64,000 nt of DNA from a virus: IMG/VR virus record IMGVR_UViG_3300048014_000353, positions 32,001-96,000 of that record. One strand, 5' to 3'. The notes beneath the pieces are model-generated. The model did no database searches and was not told where the DNA came from. It saw only the letters and a list, made by a program, of their open reading frames with translations. A program made the position numbers and the translations under genes. Positions 43,839 through 53,629 of the stretch are shown here, piece by piece. Within the stretch, counting starts at the first letter, position 1. Every line of letters begins with the position of its first letter.

Positions 43839-44270
43839 ATGCAAGTCAACAACGTCAACGACGTCGGCATCACGCTCGCCACCGCCTGCCCGCTCTTCTC
43901 CGCGCAGATCGCAGCCGGCACCACAGCGGTCGCCGAACAGTCGGTCGGCTCGGTCGGCCCCGGCCCGCAGCAGGTCGCGATCGGCGCGATCATCCTCCAG
44001 CCCACCGGCGCGCTCGCCATCTCGGGCTCGGCGTACATCACGGTCAACGTCTACAAGCGCACGGCCGGCGGGTCGCAGACGCTCATCGGCACCATGACGA
44101 CCTTCACCGGTGGCACCGCGCTCGTCGCGTTCACGCCTGTCATGCTGACGCTCCAGTCGGGCGCGGGCTCGTACCTGTCGCCCGGCGACACGGTCACGAT
44201 CGCCGTCACCAACACCGGCGCCGCGTCGCAGCCGCAGTTCTCGATCAGCGGCTTCACGAAGGCCAACTGA
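43839..44270 (+). CDS. Beta-rich virion (head decoration-like) protein
   Basis: Thr/Gly/Ala-rich beta-sandwich-like composition within the head module. Confidence 0.6.
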   Translation: MQVNNVNDVGITLATACPLFSAQIAAGTTAVAEQSVGSVGPGPQQVAIGAIILQPTGALAISGSAYITVNVYKRTAGGSQTLIGTMTTFTGGTALVAFTPVMLTLQSGAGSYLSPGDTVTIAVTNTGAASQPQFSISGFTKAN

Positions 44271-44278
44271 CCCGGCAC

Positions 44279-46843
44279 GTGCCCGCCGTGACGACGAAAC
44301 CCATCCTGCTCGACCTCGCGCCGAGCGACGTGCACACGCCGTCGTCCATGGCGACGGTGAGCGCCGCCAAGCCGGGTCTCCTGGCCAAAGCCGCGCTCGC
44401 CGTCGTCCACGACGACGGCGGTCGCATCCTCACCGTCGCCCGCCCCGAGCCGCCTCACGAGATGGCCCTTCCGGGCGGGATGATCGAGGACGGCGAGACC
44501 GAGGAAACCGCCGCCGCCCGCGAGCTGACCGAGGAAACCGGCATCAAGGCCGATGTCCTCGAGCACATCCTCGACACCCGGAGCCCCGTCGACGGCCGCG
44601 TCGTCTCGATCTTCCGCGTCACGCGGTGGTCGGGCGAGCCGTCCGCCGCCGAGGGCAACCCGGTCCAGTGGATGAAGCCGATCGACCTTGTGGCCCAGGC
44701 CACCCACTTCCGCCCGACCTTGAGGGAACTCATGCCGCACATCCTCCCCGAGGGCGAGATGGCCGAGCGCGCGAACCTCATCGACGCCGCCAAGCGCAAC
44801 GCCCTGGCCGAGTCGAAGTTCGCGCTCCCCGCCCAGCGCAAGTACCCGATCGACACGGCCGCCCGCACGCGCAACGCCGCCGCGCGTCTTGAGCAGCAAA
44901 GGAAGGCCGGCAAGATCTCCGACGCCGACTACAAGACCGCGCGCGTTCGTATCGCCGCCGCCGCGAAGTCGTTCGGCATCGACAGCGAATTCAACGCGCG
45001 CGCCGGCTCGCCGCCGGCCGCCGCCGCCAAGCGACCCGCAGGACGCGGGCGCGGAACCATTCACGTCCGGGCCGACCTGGCTCCCGGGGGAGCTCTCCAC
45101 GTGCGCCATATGACGACGAGCGAGGACGGCGCGCAGGCCTTCGTCCAACTGAGTGACGGAAGCATCGGCCTCCGCGACATCCGCGCGATCAAGCAGGGCG
45201 ACGAGGTCGATCCGGCCACCGCGGGCGTGAAGCTCATCGGCAAAGCCACCTGGAGCGACGGGACGCCCAAGACCCTCGTGTGGATTCAGGTGGCCGAGTG
45301 CGGCGCCTGGCGCGGTCACCCGGCCGGTCCGTTCGAGATGACGCCCAAGACGTTCGCCGAGATCAAGGCCAACTTCGACCAGCGCGGTCTCCCGGTCCCC
45401 TTCGACTACGAGCACGCGAGCGAGCAGGACGCGACGAGTGGCAGCATCCCGATCTCGGGCGCGCCCGCGCCGGGCTGGGTCCACAAGCTCGACAACCGCG
45501 GCATCGGCGGGCTCTGGGGCCTGGTCGAGTGGCTCGACGCCGCGCGCAACGCGATCAAGGAAGGGTCCTACGCCTTCCTGTCGCCTGCCATCCGCTTCGG
45601 GTGCAAGCACCCGGTGACGGGGCAGCCCATCGGCGCGCGGCTCACGTCGGTGGCGCTCACCAACCAGCCGTTCCTGACGTCGCTCGACGACCTTCGCGCG
45701 GCGAAGGACGACTCGGCGCGCGAAGCGCTGCTCGCGAAGTCGCCGCTCCTGTTGAAGGGCTTCGGTGAGAACGTCATCGCCGCCGGCGGCAGCGCGCTCC
45801 TCGACCGTATGGTCCATTCCCCGTCGGGGATCCTCCCCAAGATCAAGGCGGCGCTGAAGCTGCACCCGCTCGCGACGCTGGACGACGTGTCGGGGCATCT
45901 CGGCAAGCTCCGCGAGGCCTGCATGTCGGCCGACGCGGGCGGGTCGTACTGCGGCGAGCCGCTCAGCGACTACTTGGGGCCGCTCACCGACCTCGCGAAC
46001 CCCGGCCTTGGGGCGACCTACACCAACGTCCTCGACGCGCTCGACGCGTTCGTGGACGCCGAGATCGAAAAGCACGTCTTCCAAGGCGTGCCCATGCCGG
46101 ACCCGCCTTCTGCGGCGATGGACGACGACTTTGATGACGGCGGAGGAGACCTCTCCGACCGCCCGGAGAAAACCATGTCCGACAAGACCGCCACGACCCT
46201 CAAGGACGCTCAGGACGAACTCGCCAAGGTCACCGCCGTCAAGGAGTCGGTCGAGGCCGAGCGTACGCAGCTCCTCGCCGACAAGCAGACCCTCGCGACG
46301 GAGAAGACCAACCTCCTGGCGGACAAGGTCAAGCTCGAAGGCGAGAACTCGACGCTCACCCTGCAGCTCCGCGACGCGACGCAGAAGGCGACCGAGGCGG
46401 GCGAAGCCCTTTCGACTGCGAACGCGTCGATCGCCGCCGCTTCCACTGCGCTCGTCCTGAAGGACAAGGAGACGCTCGCCGAGGGTGCCGCGCGCATCGT
46501 CGCCGACAACGTGCGCCTGGCGAAGGAAGTCGCCGACATCAAGGAGGCGGGGCTCGTCGCTGCCGTAGACGACGCCTTCGCGGCGTACAGCGAGAGCAAG
46601 AAGCTCCGCGCCGAGGACAAGCCCATGATGCTCCGCTCGGCCCGCGCCGACCGCGAAGCGTTCGATGCGCTCTACCCGCCGGTCAGCGCCGCGCACCGTC
46701 ACCTCCTCACGACCGTCGTGACCCCCGAGAAGCGCCCGGAAGTGGAGCAGGCGGAGGCAAGTGACCCGATCAAGGTCATGAGCGAAACCGGCTGCAATTA
46801 CGCCGAGGCGCTCGCGCGTATCAACCGCAAGAAGCCCGAATGA
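44279..46843 (+). CDS. NUDIX + DUF6582-like + Mu gpI-type prohead protease + scaffold fusion
   Basis: Nudix box LPGGMIEDGETEETAAARELTEETG; RKYPIDT...RNAAARL; PFDYEH...PAPGWV...LWGLVEW...YAFLSP...LTSVALTNQPFL; C-terminal coiled coil. Confidence 0.88.
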   Translation: MPAVTTKPILLDLAPSDVHTPSSMATVSAAKPGLLAKAALAVVHDDGGRILTVARPEPPHEMALPGGMIEDGETEETAAARELTEETGIKADVLEHILDTRSPVDGRVVSIFRVTRWSGEPSAAEGNPVQWMKPIDLVAQATHFRPTLRELMPHILPEGEMAERANLIDAAKRNALAESKFALPAQRKYPIDTAARTRNAAARLEQQRKAGKISDADYKTARVRIAAAAKSFGIDSEFNARAGSPPAAAAKRPAGRGRGTIHVRADLAPGGALHVRHMTTSEDGAQAFVQLSDGSIGLRDIRAIKQGDEVDPATAGVKLIGKATWSDGTPKTLVWIQVAECGAWRGHPAGPFEMTPKTFAEIKANFDQRGLPVPFDYEHASEQDATSGSIPISGAPAPGWVHKLDNRGIGGLWGLVEWLDAARNAIKEGSYAFLSPAIRFGCKHPVTGQPIGARLTSVALTNQPFLTSLDDLRAAKDDSAREALLAKSPLLLKGFGENVIAAGGSALLDRMVHSPSGILPKIKAALKLHPLATLDDVSGHLGKLREACMSADAGGSYCGEPLSDYLGPLTDLANPGLGATYTNVLDALDAFVDAEIEKHVFQGVPMPDPPSAAMDDDFDDGGGDLSDRPEKTMSDKTATTLKDAQDELAKVTAVKESVEAERTQLLADKQTLATEKTNLLADKVKLEGENSTLTLQLRDATQKATEAGEALSTANASIAAASTALVLKDKETLAEGAARIVADNVRLAKEVADIKEAGLVAAVDDAFAAYSESKKLRAEDKPMMLRSARADREAFDALYPPVSAAHRHLLTTVVTPEKRPEVEQAEASDPIKVMSETGCNYAEALARINRKKPE

Positions 46844-47901
46844 TCCTCGTCCGCGACATCCAAGGGAACCCCCTCTTCTATCTGGAGGGGGATGTCGCGC
46901 GCGACAGTAGCGGCAAGCCCGTGGCCGTCGCGGTCGACAAGGACGGTGAGTCCAGACGGCTCACGAAGCACGCCGCGCGCGTGATGACCGCCACGTCGCC
47001 GGAGAGCGTCCTCATGGACCTAGCCCCGGGCGACGTGGTGACGCCGTCAACGCAGGACGTCTACGCTATGCCCTTCGGGGACTTCGTCGCCGACCAGGTT
47101 AGCCAGGTTCGCTACGTCAAGAACGATCGCGGCGTCTACTACGCCGAGAACGTCGCCGATGCGACGAGCCTCGTCATGGCAGTGGCGGCTGCCGACGGGA
47201 CGCCGAGCGAGATCAACCCGGGCTTTGGCTCCGGATCGTTCAAGACGACAGGCTACGCGCTTGCGACGCGGCTCTCGCGTTCGCTCGTCAACAACGCCGA
47301 CTTCGACCTCAAGGCGATCGCGCTCCACCGGCTGATCATCGCGCTCCGGCTCGGGCGCGAATACCGGCTCGCGCAGCTCCTCACGACCGCCGCGAACTGG
47401 GCGACCAAGAACCAGATCACTGCGACCGCGAAGTGGAATGGCGGCATCACCGCGAACCCGCTCGCGGACCTTTTCGCCGCGCTCGCCGCTTCCGCGCTCC
47501 CCGCCAGCATGGTGGTGATGCCGGAGCTCGCCGCGCAATACTTTTTCCAGAACGCCAACTCCACCGCCATGCGCGACTACGTGCAGTCGGGCGGTGAGAT
47601 GCCCAAGGTCGTCTTCGCCCGCGCGAAGTTCACGAGCGCGGGCAACGCAGCGTACATCTGGGCGCCGACGCTCCCCGCGAACGTCGCGATGGTGCGCTCC
47701 ACCGACCACTTGCCGACGACGACCACCTACCGGTGGCTCGGCGACGACAAGTGCAAGGACGGCGAGCGCGCCGAAGGGATGCTCGTGCGGCAATTCTGGA
47801 GCAACACCGATGATTCGTACTGGATCATCGCAGCTCACAACGATGCCGAGCTGATGATCGCACCCACGGTGGGAGCCATCATCACCGGCGCGATGGCGTA
47901 A
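46840..47901 (+). CDS. Capsid-fold protein, paralog 1
   Basis: Aligns by eye with 48543-49841 (VAD, VYY, EINPG, YAL, NAD, RL.REYR.A.LLTT..NW, W.GG..A.PL). Confidence 0.78.
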   Translation: MILVRDIQGNPLFYLEGDVARDSSGKPVAVAVDKDGESRRLTKHAARVMTATSPESVLMDLAPGDVVTPSTQDVYAMPFGDFVADQVSQVRYVKNDRGVYYAENVADATSLVMAVAAADGTPSEINPGFGSGSFKTTGYALATRLSRSLVNNADFDLKAIALHRLIIALRLGREYRLAQLLTTAANWATKNQITATAKWNGGITANPLADLFAALAASALPASMVVMPELAAQYFFQNANSTAMRDYVQSGGEMPKVVFARAKFTSAGNAAYIWAPTLPANVAMVRSTDHLPTTTTYRWLGDDKCKDGERAEGMLVRQFWSNTDDSYWIIAAHNDAELMIAPTVGAIITGAMA

Positions 47902-48066
47902 CCAACCGATAGGGCCGCGCCCGCCACGAATGCGTGGCGCGGGTTTCCACAACCACAGGGCGGCCATGCGTGGCCTCCGGACACGTCCTCCCATGCGCGC
48001 ACTAGGGCGCGCGGAGCGGGCGCGTGCGGGGGACGGGCGCCTTTTTGTCTCGTCAAGGAGTCCTCC

Positions 48067-48492
48067 ATGTCCGCGACCGATTTCATTTGGGGTGGGCTGC
48101 CGATCTTCGGCGCCGACTGGACCGTCAAGAACACGAGCGGCACGGCCATGACCTCGGGTCAGACCGTCAAGCTCGACGCCTCCAACCCGCTCTCGGCGGC
48201 GCAGGCCGCGCCCGGCGTCGTCCTCACGGCCGCCGTGACGGACTACCCGCTCGGGGTCCTCATCGAAAACATCCCCGTCGCGTCGTACGGCCGCTGCCGC
48301 GTCGAGGGGGGAGCCGTGGCCATCGCCGCCGGCGCGATCTCGGCCGGCGCCATCGTCGGCCCGTCGGGCGCGACCTCGGGTGACGTCACGACCTACACGG
48401 CCGGCGACCCGTCGCTCGGCCAGGCCCTGTCGGCCGCGCTCAACGCCGCCGACCCCATCGCCGTCCGCATCGCGATCTCCAAGAACGCCTGA
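48067..48492 (+). CDS. Capsid cement/decoration protein (DUF2190-like)
   Basis: G..VKLD...PLGV...GRCRVEG...AAGAISAGA.V...G.AL.AA pattern; directly upstream of the MCP. Confidence 0.75.
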   Translation: MSATDFIWGGLPIFGADWTVKNTSGTAMTSGQTVKLDASNPLSAAQAAPGVVLTAAVTDYPLGVLIENIPVASYGRCRVEGGAVAIAAGAISAGAIVGPSGATSGDVTTYTAGDPSLGQALSAALNAADPIAVRIAISKNA

Positions 48493-48542
48493 GCGCGGGA
48501 CGCGGTCCTTTTCCACCTTTCACACGTTCGAGGACATTCCGA

Positions 48543-49841
48543 ATGTCGACGCAAAAGCTCGTCTCGCTCAAGGACGTCAAGTCCAACAAGATCCAGTATC
48601 TCGACCTCGCGAGCGGCGCGCTCTACGCCGATCCGGAGGGTCGCCGCACGATCCGTCAGCTCACGCCCACCGAGGTCGTCCTCGGCGACCGCGGGGAGCC
48701 GGTCCGTCACCCGAACGGGGATCTGATCCACTGCTCGGAGCTCGCGAACATCGCGGTCGAGCACTACGCGCGCGGCATGGCGATCTCGATGGGTCGTTCC
48801 GTGCCTTTCGAAGTCACGCGGATGGACGGCTCCACGTCCAAGATGATGTCGTTGCGTGACGGACGCGTCGTCACCATGGACCTCGGTATCTCCGACGTAC
48901 ACACGGCCGCGACCCTGCCGAACTACGTCGGCGGGTACCACATCGCTGACGGGGTCGCGGACATCGCGTCGCCCAGCATCCTCGTGCCGAAGGCCACGGA
49001 CGTCTACTACACGTGGAACGCGACGTCGGACTTCAACCGGAAGATCCCGAACATCACGTCCCCCGGCGGGGCCGTGCCCGAAGTGAACCCCGGCATCGCG
49101 AACGCGACCTACAACACGGTCAACTACGCGCTCGGCGGGTTCCTGCCGACCGAAGTGCAGTCCAACGCGGACGCGCCCCTTCGCCCCTTCGCGAAGATGA
49201 CGCAGATCATCGTGGACGGCATCCGGCTCGAGCGCGAGTACCGCGTGGCGTCGCTGCTCACGACGAGCGGCAACTGGAACAGCAACCTGGTCCAGACCAT
49301 CGCGGCAGGCGCGCAGTGGGACGGCGGCGCGGCAGCCGACCCGCTCTACGTGCTGCACAAGGCGATCGAGCAGTCGTACATGGAGGACAACCTCCGGATC
49401 ATCTGCTCGACGCAGCTGCTCCACGACTTCCTGCGGTCGCCGGCGATCCAGAAGTACTTCCAGTTCAAGGACAGCGTCGCAGGCGTTCCGTCGGCGCAGG
49501 CCGTCGCCGACACCCTGGGCCTCCCGCCCATCTACGCGGCGCAGATGAAGTACATCACGGGCGGCGCGCTCAACTACGTGTGGGGTTCGTCGGTCCTCCT
49601 CGTGCGCGTCCCCAAGGAGACGCCCCCCACGAGCCAGATGGAAGTCGGCACGTCGTACACCATGCGGTGGAACGGCGGCGACGCCCCGGACGGCACGGTC
49701 TCGGGCGGGCTCCTCGTCCGCACGTACTACGACCAGAAGCGCGGTGGGCGCGGCGGCACTCAGGTCGTCGTCACGCACAACGACAGCGAGCAGATGACCT
49801 CCGGCCTCGTTGGCGGACTCCTGCTCAACGTTCACCAGTGA
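48543..49841 (+). CDS. Major capsid protein (HK97 fold, gpE-like), paralog 2
   Basis: Size, position, strong codon bias; ~115 aa N-terminal extension before MDLGISDVHT. Confidence 0.85.
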   Translation: MSTQKLVSLKDVKSNKIQYLDLASGALYADPEGRRTIRQLTPTEVVLGDRGEPVRHPNGDLIHCSELANIAVEHYARGMAISMGRSVPFEVTRMDGSTSKMMSLRDGRVVTMDLGISDVHTAATLPNYVGGYHIADGVADIASPSILVPKATDVYYTWNATSDFNRKIPNITSPGGAVPEVNPGIANATYNTVNYALGGFLPTEVQSNADAPLRPFAKMTQIIVDGIRLEREYRVASLLTTSGNWNSNLVQTIAAGAQWDGGAAADPLYVLHKAIEQSYMEDNLRIICSTQLLHDFLRSPAIQKYFQFKDSVAGVPSAQAVADTLGLPPIYAAQMKYITGGALNYVWGSSVLLVRVPKETPPTSQMEVGTSYTMRWNGGDAPDGTVSGGLLVRTYYDQKRGGRGGTQVVVTHNDSEQMTSGLVGGLLLNVHQ

Positions 49842-49846
49842 GCCTT

Positions 49847-49931
49847 GTGAGACGTGACTCGAAAGCGAGGCGCGTCTCACCTCGCTGCTGTACGTCCTGC
49901 CGCCTTGAGGTGCGGGACGTACGGCGGCGAG
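49847..49931 (+). terminator. Two tandem RNA hairpins after the MCP gene
   Basis: GTGAGACG...CGTCTCAC (49847-80) and a ~20-bp stem with G-U pairs (49881-49931), then a C/T-rich tract. Confidence 0.6.
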
Positions 49932-49962
49932 CACCTTCTCTCTCTTTACGAAAGAAAGACGA

Positions 49963-50400
49963 ATGCCTCCCAAGAGCCTCGCTGGTTGGTACAAGCTGAA
50001 GAATTGGCTCTTCCGCGGTGGCGTTCATCACGCACCCGGAGATGTCGTGGAACTCTGCCACGAAGATGCCGAGACGGTGCTGAAGCACGGTACGGCGGAG
50101 TCTCACGCGCCCGTCCCGCCCGCGTCCGCCAAGGCCGTGGAGCCCGCGCCCGAGGCCCCCGCAGCCTCCGACCCGCCGGCGCCTTCGGCCGTGACGAGCG
50201 TGTCGATCACCCCCTCCGCACCCGACGCGCAGTCCGGCAAGCGCGGCGGCCCGCAGGGCCGTCCGTCGCAGGCACCGAAGGCCGACCGGTCTGTGTCCGC
50301 CAAGGACGAGAAGCCGGCGGCGAAGGACGACGACAAGTCGCCCGAGGCCGACAAGGCCGCGTCATCGGCGCAGGGCACGCTCAGCGCTACCTCCAAGTAA
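49963..50400 (+). CDS. Small head-associated protein with a low-complexity tail
   Basis: HHAPGDVVELCHEDAETVLKHG domain followed by a P/A/S/K-rich tail. Confidence 0.65.
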   Translation: MPPKSLAGWYKLKNWLFRGGVHHAPGDVVELCHEDAETVLKHGTAESHAPVPPASAKAVEPAPEAPAASDPPAPSAVTSVSITPSAPDAQSGKRGGPQGRPSQAPKADRSVSAKDEKPAAKDDDKSPEADKAASSAQGTLSATSK

Positions 50401-50527
50401 TTCGCCGCTCCGTACCGGAGCAGCAGCTCGGACCGTGATCGGGAACGTCGTCCTGGTCCGGGCTTCGTGTGTGCCGTGACGTTTCCGCCCTCGTCTAGGG
50501 GCGCCTGCTCCCGTGAGACCCGACCCC

Positions 50528-50974
50528 ATGAATTCCACTGCGTCCGAGTCGCCGAAGAAGCCGAAGAAGGCGAAGAAGTCCCTCGCTACGCCCGCCGCCG
50601 CCGCGCCCCCCCCCGCGAAGGCCCCCCCCGGCGTGCGCGTGCTCAAAGAGGGCAACGGCGTGATGAGCGACGAAGACCGTCTGCTCCGCACCAAGAAGCC
50701 GACCGCTGCGGAGCGCAAGCTCGGCGGCCAGTATCGGCTGATTCACGGCAGCATCGTACTTCCGGTCCCGGAGTCCGAGCGACTTCTGCCGGACGGTACG
50801 CTCAACCCGAACGTCCAGACCGTGCGCTACGTGCAGGCCGGCGCCGAGATCGAGCTCGACGACGAGGAGGCGGCGCGTCTCGAGGACGCGGGGCTGATCG
50901 AGCCCCTGAGCGTGAGCCCCCGCCACAGCCGCCTCGGCAAGGTGTGGAGCCCGCCGGTCAACCAGCGGATGTGA
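50528..50974 (+). CDS. Small head-associated protein (related domain)
   Basis: VQAGAEIELDDEEAARLEDAGLIE resembles the motif in 49963-50400. Confidence 0.6.
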   Translation: MNSTASESPKKPKKAKKSLATPAAAAPPPAKAPPGVRVLKEGNGVMSDEDRLLRTKKPTAAERKLGGQYRLIHGSIVLPVPESERLLPDGTLNPNVQTVRYVQAGAEIELDDEEAARLEDAGLIEPLSVSPRHSRLGKVWSPPVNQRM

Positions 50975-51012
50975 TTCGGCCCGTCCCGTTCCCCTTTCGG
51001 AGGTCTTGAGCC

Positions 51013-51507
51013 ATGGCGTCGATCTTCGGCCTCACGGCGACCGACCTCGCGAACGCGACGAGCAACGACACGTTGCTCGCGTGTACGGACGACTCGACCC
51101 CGACGTCGCCCGGGGGGACCGGAACGCCGAACCCCACCATCATCGCGGCTCTCATCGATCGCGCCGAGCAGGAGGTCATGTCGTGGCTCGTCACCGAGCT
51201 CGGCCCGCCTCCGCTCAGTAGTGTGCTCATGGCGCAGCTCGCGGCCGACCCGTTCCTGAAGTACGCGGCGCTCGAGTACGCCGTCGCGCTCATGTACGAC
51301 CGGCACCCGGAGTATACACGCACCGGCACCGATCGCAGCGAGCGCATGAAGCGCGCCGACCAGCGCATGGAGCGCGTGCTCGACGCGCGTCAGCGCCCAC
51401 CCACGGTCCCCCAACCGCCGGCGAACGTCGGCGGCACGGTCGTGGACAACGGGCCGCGCATCTACATCGACAGCGCAAACGGCACAAAAAATGCCGGCGA
51501 TTACTAG
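51013..51507 (+). CDS. Head-tail adaptor (Mu gp36/DUF1320-like)
   Basis: TDD...IIAALIDRAEQEVMSWL...LKYAALEYAVALMY. Confidence 0.78.
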   Translation: MASIFGLTATDLANATSNDTLLACTDDSTPTSPGGTGTPNPTIIAALIDRAEQEVMSWLVTELGPPPLSSVLMAQLAADPFLKYAALEYAVALMYDRHPEYTRTGTDRSERMKRADQRMERVLDARQRPPTVPQPPANVGGTVVDNGPRIYIDSANGTKNAGDY

Positions 51508-51528
51508 CCCGCGCGCGTGGAGGCTCCG

Positions 51529-52011
51529 ATGACGTCTCCCATCACGATCACCATCGAGGGGCCGGAGGAGATCGACCGCGCGTGGAAGTCGGAGTTCGTG
51601 CCGCACCTGCGCGTCGCCTGCCTTCGCGCGGCGATGGCGGCGGCGAACGAAGGCGCCGCGCTCGCCAAGCGCCTGGTGCCCGTGAGCCTCGTGCCGCGCG
51701 GTAGCCACCTCCGCGACGTCATCTACGCGCGCATCGTGGACGTCGACGAGAAGGGGGTAACGACGGAGATCGGTGCGCCGAAGCCGTACGCCATCTTCGT
51801 CGAGCAGGGGACCAAGCCCCACACGATCACCGCCAAGAGCGGCAAAGCTCTCCGGTGGACCGGCCCTGACGGCGCGGTGCACCTGGCCAAGAGCGTCCAC
51901 CATCCCGGTACGAAGCCGCACCCCTTCATGGGGCCGGCGTACCTGAAGGCCGAGCGCGCACTCCCGGCCGTCCTCGAGACCGAGATCGAGGCGGTCATCG
52001 AACGCTTCTGA
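51529..52011 (+). CDS. HK97 gp10-like neck/tail-completion protein
   Basis: PYAIFVEQGTKPH...VHHPGTKPHPFMGPA. Confidence 0.85.
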   Translation: MTSPITITIEGPEEIDRAWKSEFVPHLRVACLRAAMAAANEGAALAKRLVPVSLVPRGSHLRDVIYARIVDVDEKGVTTEIGAPKPYAIFVEQGTKPHTITAKSGKALRWTGPDGAVHLAKSVHHPGTKPHPFMGPAYLKAERALPAVLETEIEAVIERF

Positions 52012-52028
52012 ACGAGGACCATCCGCAC

Positions 52029-52496
52029 ATGCCGCGCTACTCCATCGGCTTCACCCAGGCGACCGCGCCTTCGACGCTGGCCCCCTGGGCGGTTCTTCGT
52101 GCGCCCGCCGGCGGCCGCGTCCTGCGTGTCCGGCAAATCCAAGTCGTGACCGCCGCCGCGACGGTCGCCCAGGTCGGTATCGCCTGGGCCGGGGCAACCG
52201 TCACCCCGGTCGTCTCGAGCAGTCAGTCTCCGCCGCCGCGCGACCCGCGCGACGTCGCTGCGACCGCGCTCCTCGACGTGGCGTGGGGCACTGCGCCGCA
52301 GCTTCCTTCGGTCCCCGTGTACCTGAAGGAAGCGCTCATCGGCGGCGTACAGGGCAACGGCGCGACGTTCCCCTTCGACGAGCCTCTCATTGTGGTGCCG
52401 AGCGCGCTGCCGAACGCGACGGGGATGCTGGGCATCTGGAACATGGGCGGCGGCAACGGGCCCAGCCTGCTCATCAACGTCGACTACGACGAGTGA
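52029..52496 (+). CDS. Beta-rich virion protein
   Basis: Position in the neck module; composition. Confidence 0.55.
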   Translation: MPRYSIGFTQATAPSTLAPWAVLRAPAGGRVLRVRQIQVVTAAATVAQVGIAWAGATVTPVVSSSQSPPPRDPRDVAATALLDVAWGTAPQLPSVPVYLKEALIGGVQGNGATFPFDEPLIVVPSALPNATGMLGIWNMGGGNGPSLLINVDYDE

Positions 52497-52516
52497 TCTG
52501 AAGAGGAACGACGCCC

Positions 52517-53629
52517 ATGATGCTCGGCGACAGCACGTTCCTGACGCCGGGGCACGTGGAGGGGGCGGAGGCGTCGGCGCTCCACGCGCCCCCGCCGCCC
52601 CCCGTCCTCACGTCGCTGGATCTCGGCGCGGACGTCGTCCCCTTCGAGGGGGTGGCCGAGATCTGGGGGTCGGTCTCGATCCCCACCCAGCCCGCGATCG
52701 CCGGGCAGGTGAGCGGCGACGGTCTCCTCAGCATCTACCTCTCGTACCTGAAGGCGTTCCTCCAGACGGACGGCAACGCGACGGGGGGATGGAGCGCGAT
52801 CGCGCCCGGTCGCCCCATCGTCAACCGGGTGCGTCCTCACAACCCAAACGACTCCGACGCCGAGCCCGACGGCCTGGGATTCGACACCAAGGACCTCCCG
52901 GCGCTCTACCTGTGGCGCGGCGGGCAGCACGAGAGCACCAAGGTCGAGTACATCGCGGAGGACTGGCAGATCGGCACCGCGATGCTGAAGCTCCTCTGGG
53001 TCTTCCCCCTGGGAGTCATCTCGCACCAGCGCGTGCGGCAGTCGTTCGGCGACGCCGTCGCCAAGGCCATCATCACGGCGATCGAGCTCGGTCGGACGCC
53101 GAGTTGGCAGTGGCCCGGGGACCCCGATCCGCTGGCGCCGGCGTTCGGGTCGTTCGTGCACACGTTCACCAACGTGTTCTCGCTGAACGTCACCGAGTGG
53201 AAGCCGGAGTCGGTGGACATCATCATGACCGCCGACGACAAGAGCTCTCGGCGACTTCGCTACCCGGCGATCGAGGTGACTCTCGAGCTCGTCGAGAACC
53301 GCCAGCGCGACGTGCGGCGCTGGAGCGCCCCGTCCGCGCTTCAGCAGACGTTGACCGGCGGTCGCCCTTCGCTTCCCGCGTGGGCTCCGGGCCAGGTCTA
53401 CGCGTCGAACGACTTCATCCAGGCGACGCCCGTCGGGTCGAGCACGCCGTTCGCCTACAAGGCGTACTCGCTCTCGGGAATGGGCGTCACCGGCAACCAG
53501 TCCCCCGCGTGGCCGACGGTCGTGGGGGCGACGGTCGCCGACGGCGCGAGCCTGACCTGGACGTGCAAGGGCGCGGTGCCGCCGTCGGTCATCAGCCGAG
53601 TGGGCGAGGGGGGCGTGGCCATCCAATGA
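52517..53629 (+). CDS. Tail terminator-like protein with C-terminal CBM5/12-like module
   Basis: DLPALYLWR core; PAWAPGQVY...YKA...GVTGNQSPAWPTVVGATVADG.LTWTC. Confidence 0.62.
   Translation: MMLGDSTFLTPGHVEGAEASALHAPPPPPVLTSLDLGADVVPFEGVAEIWGSVSIPTQPAIAGQVSGDGLLSIYLSYLKAFLQTDGNATGGWSAIAPGRPIVNRVRPHNPNDSDAEPDGLGFDTKDLPALYLWRGGQHESTKVEYIAEDWQIGTAMLKLLWVFPLGVISHQRVRQSFGDAVAKAIITAIELGRTPSWQWPGDPDPLAPAFGSFVHTFTNVFSLNVTEWKPESVDIIMTADDKSSRRLRYPAIEVTLELVENRQRDVRRWSAPSALQQTLTGGRPSLPAWAPGQVYASNDFIQATPVGSSTPFAYKAYSLSGMGVTGNQSPAWPTVVGATVADGASLTWTCKGAVPPSVISRVGEGGVAIQ

Noticed and set aside
47901-48066. GC-rich hairpins in late intergenic gaps (also 43754-43838, 50401-50510, 56559-56724)
   Set aside because: Consistent with ordinary processing or termination stems in ~70% GC DNA; no ribozyme or riboswitch core recognised.
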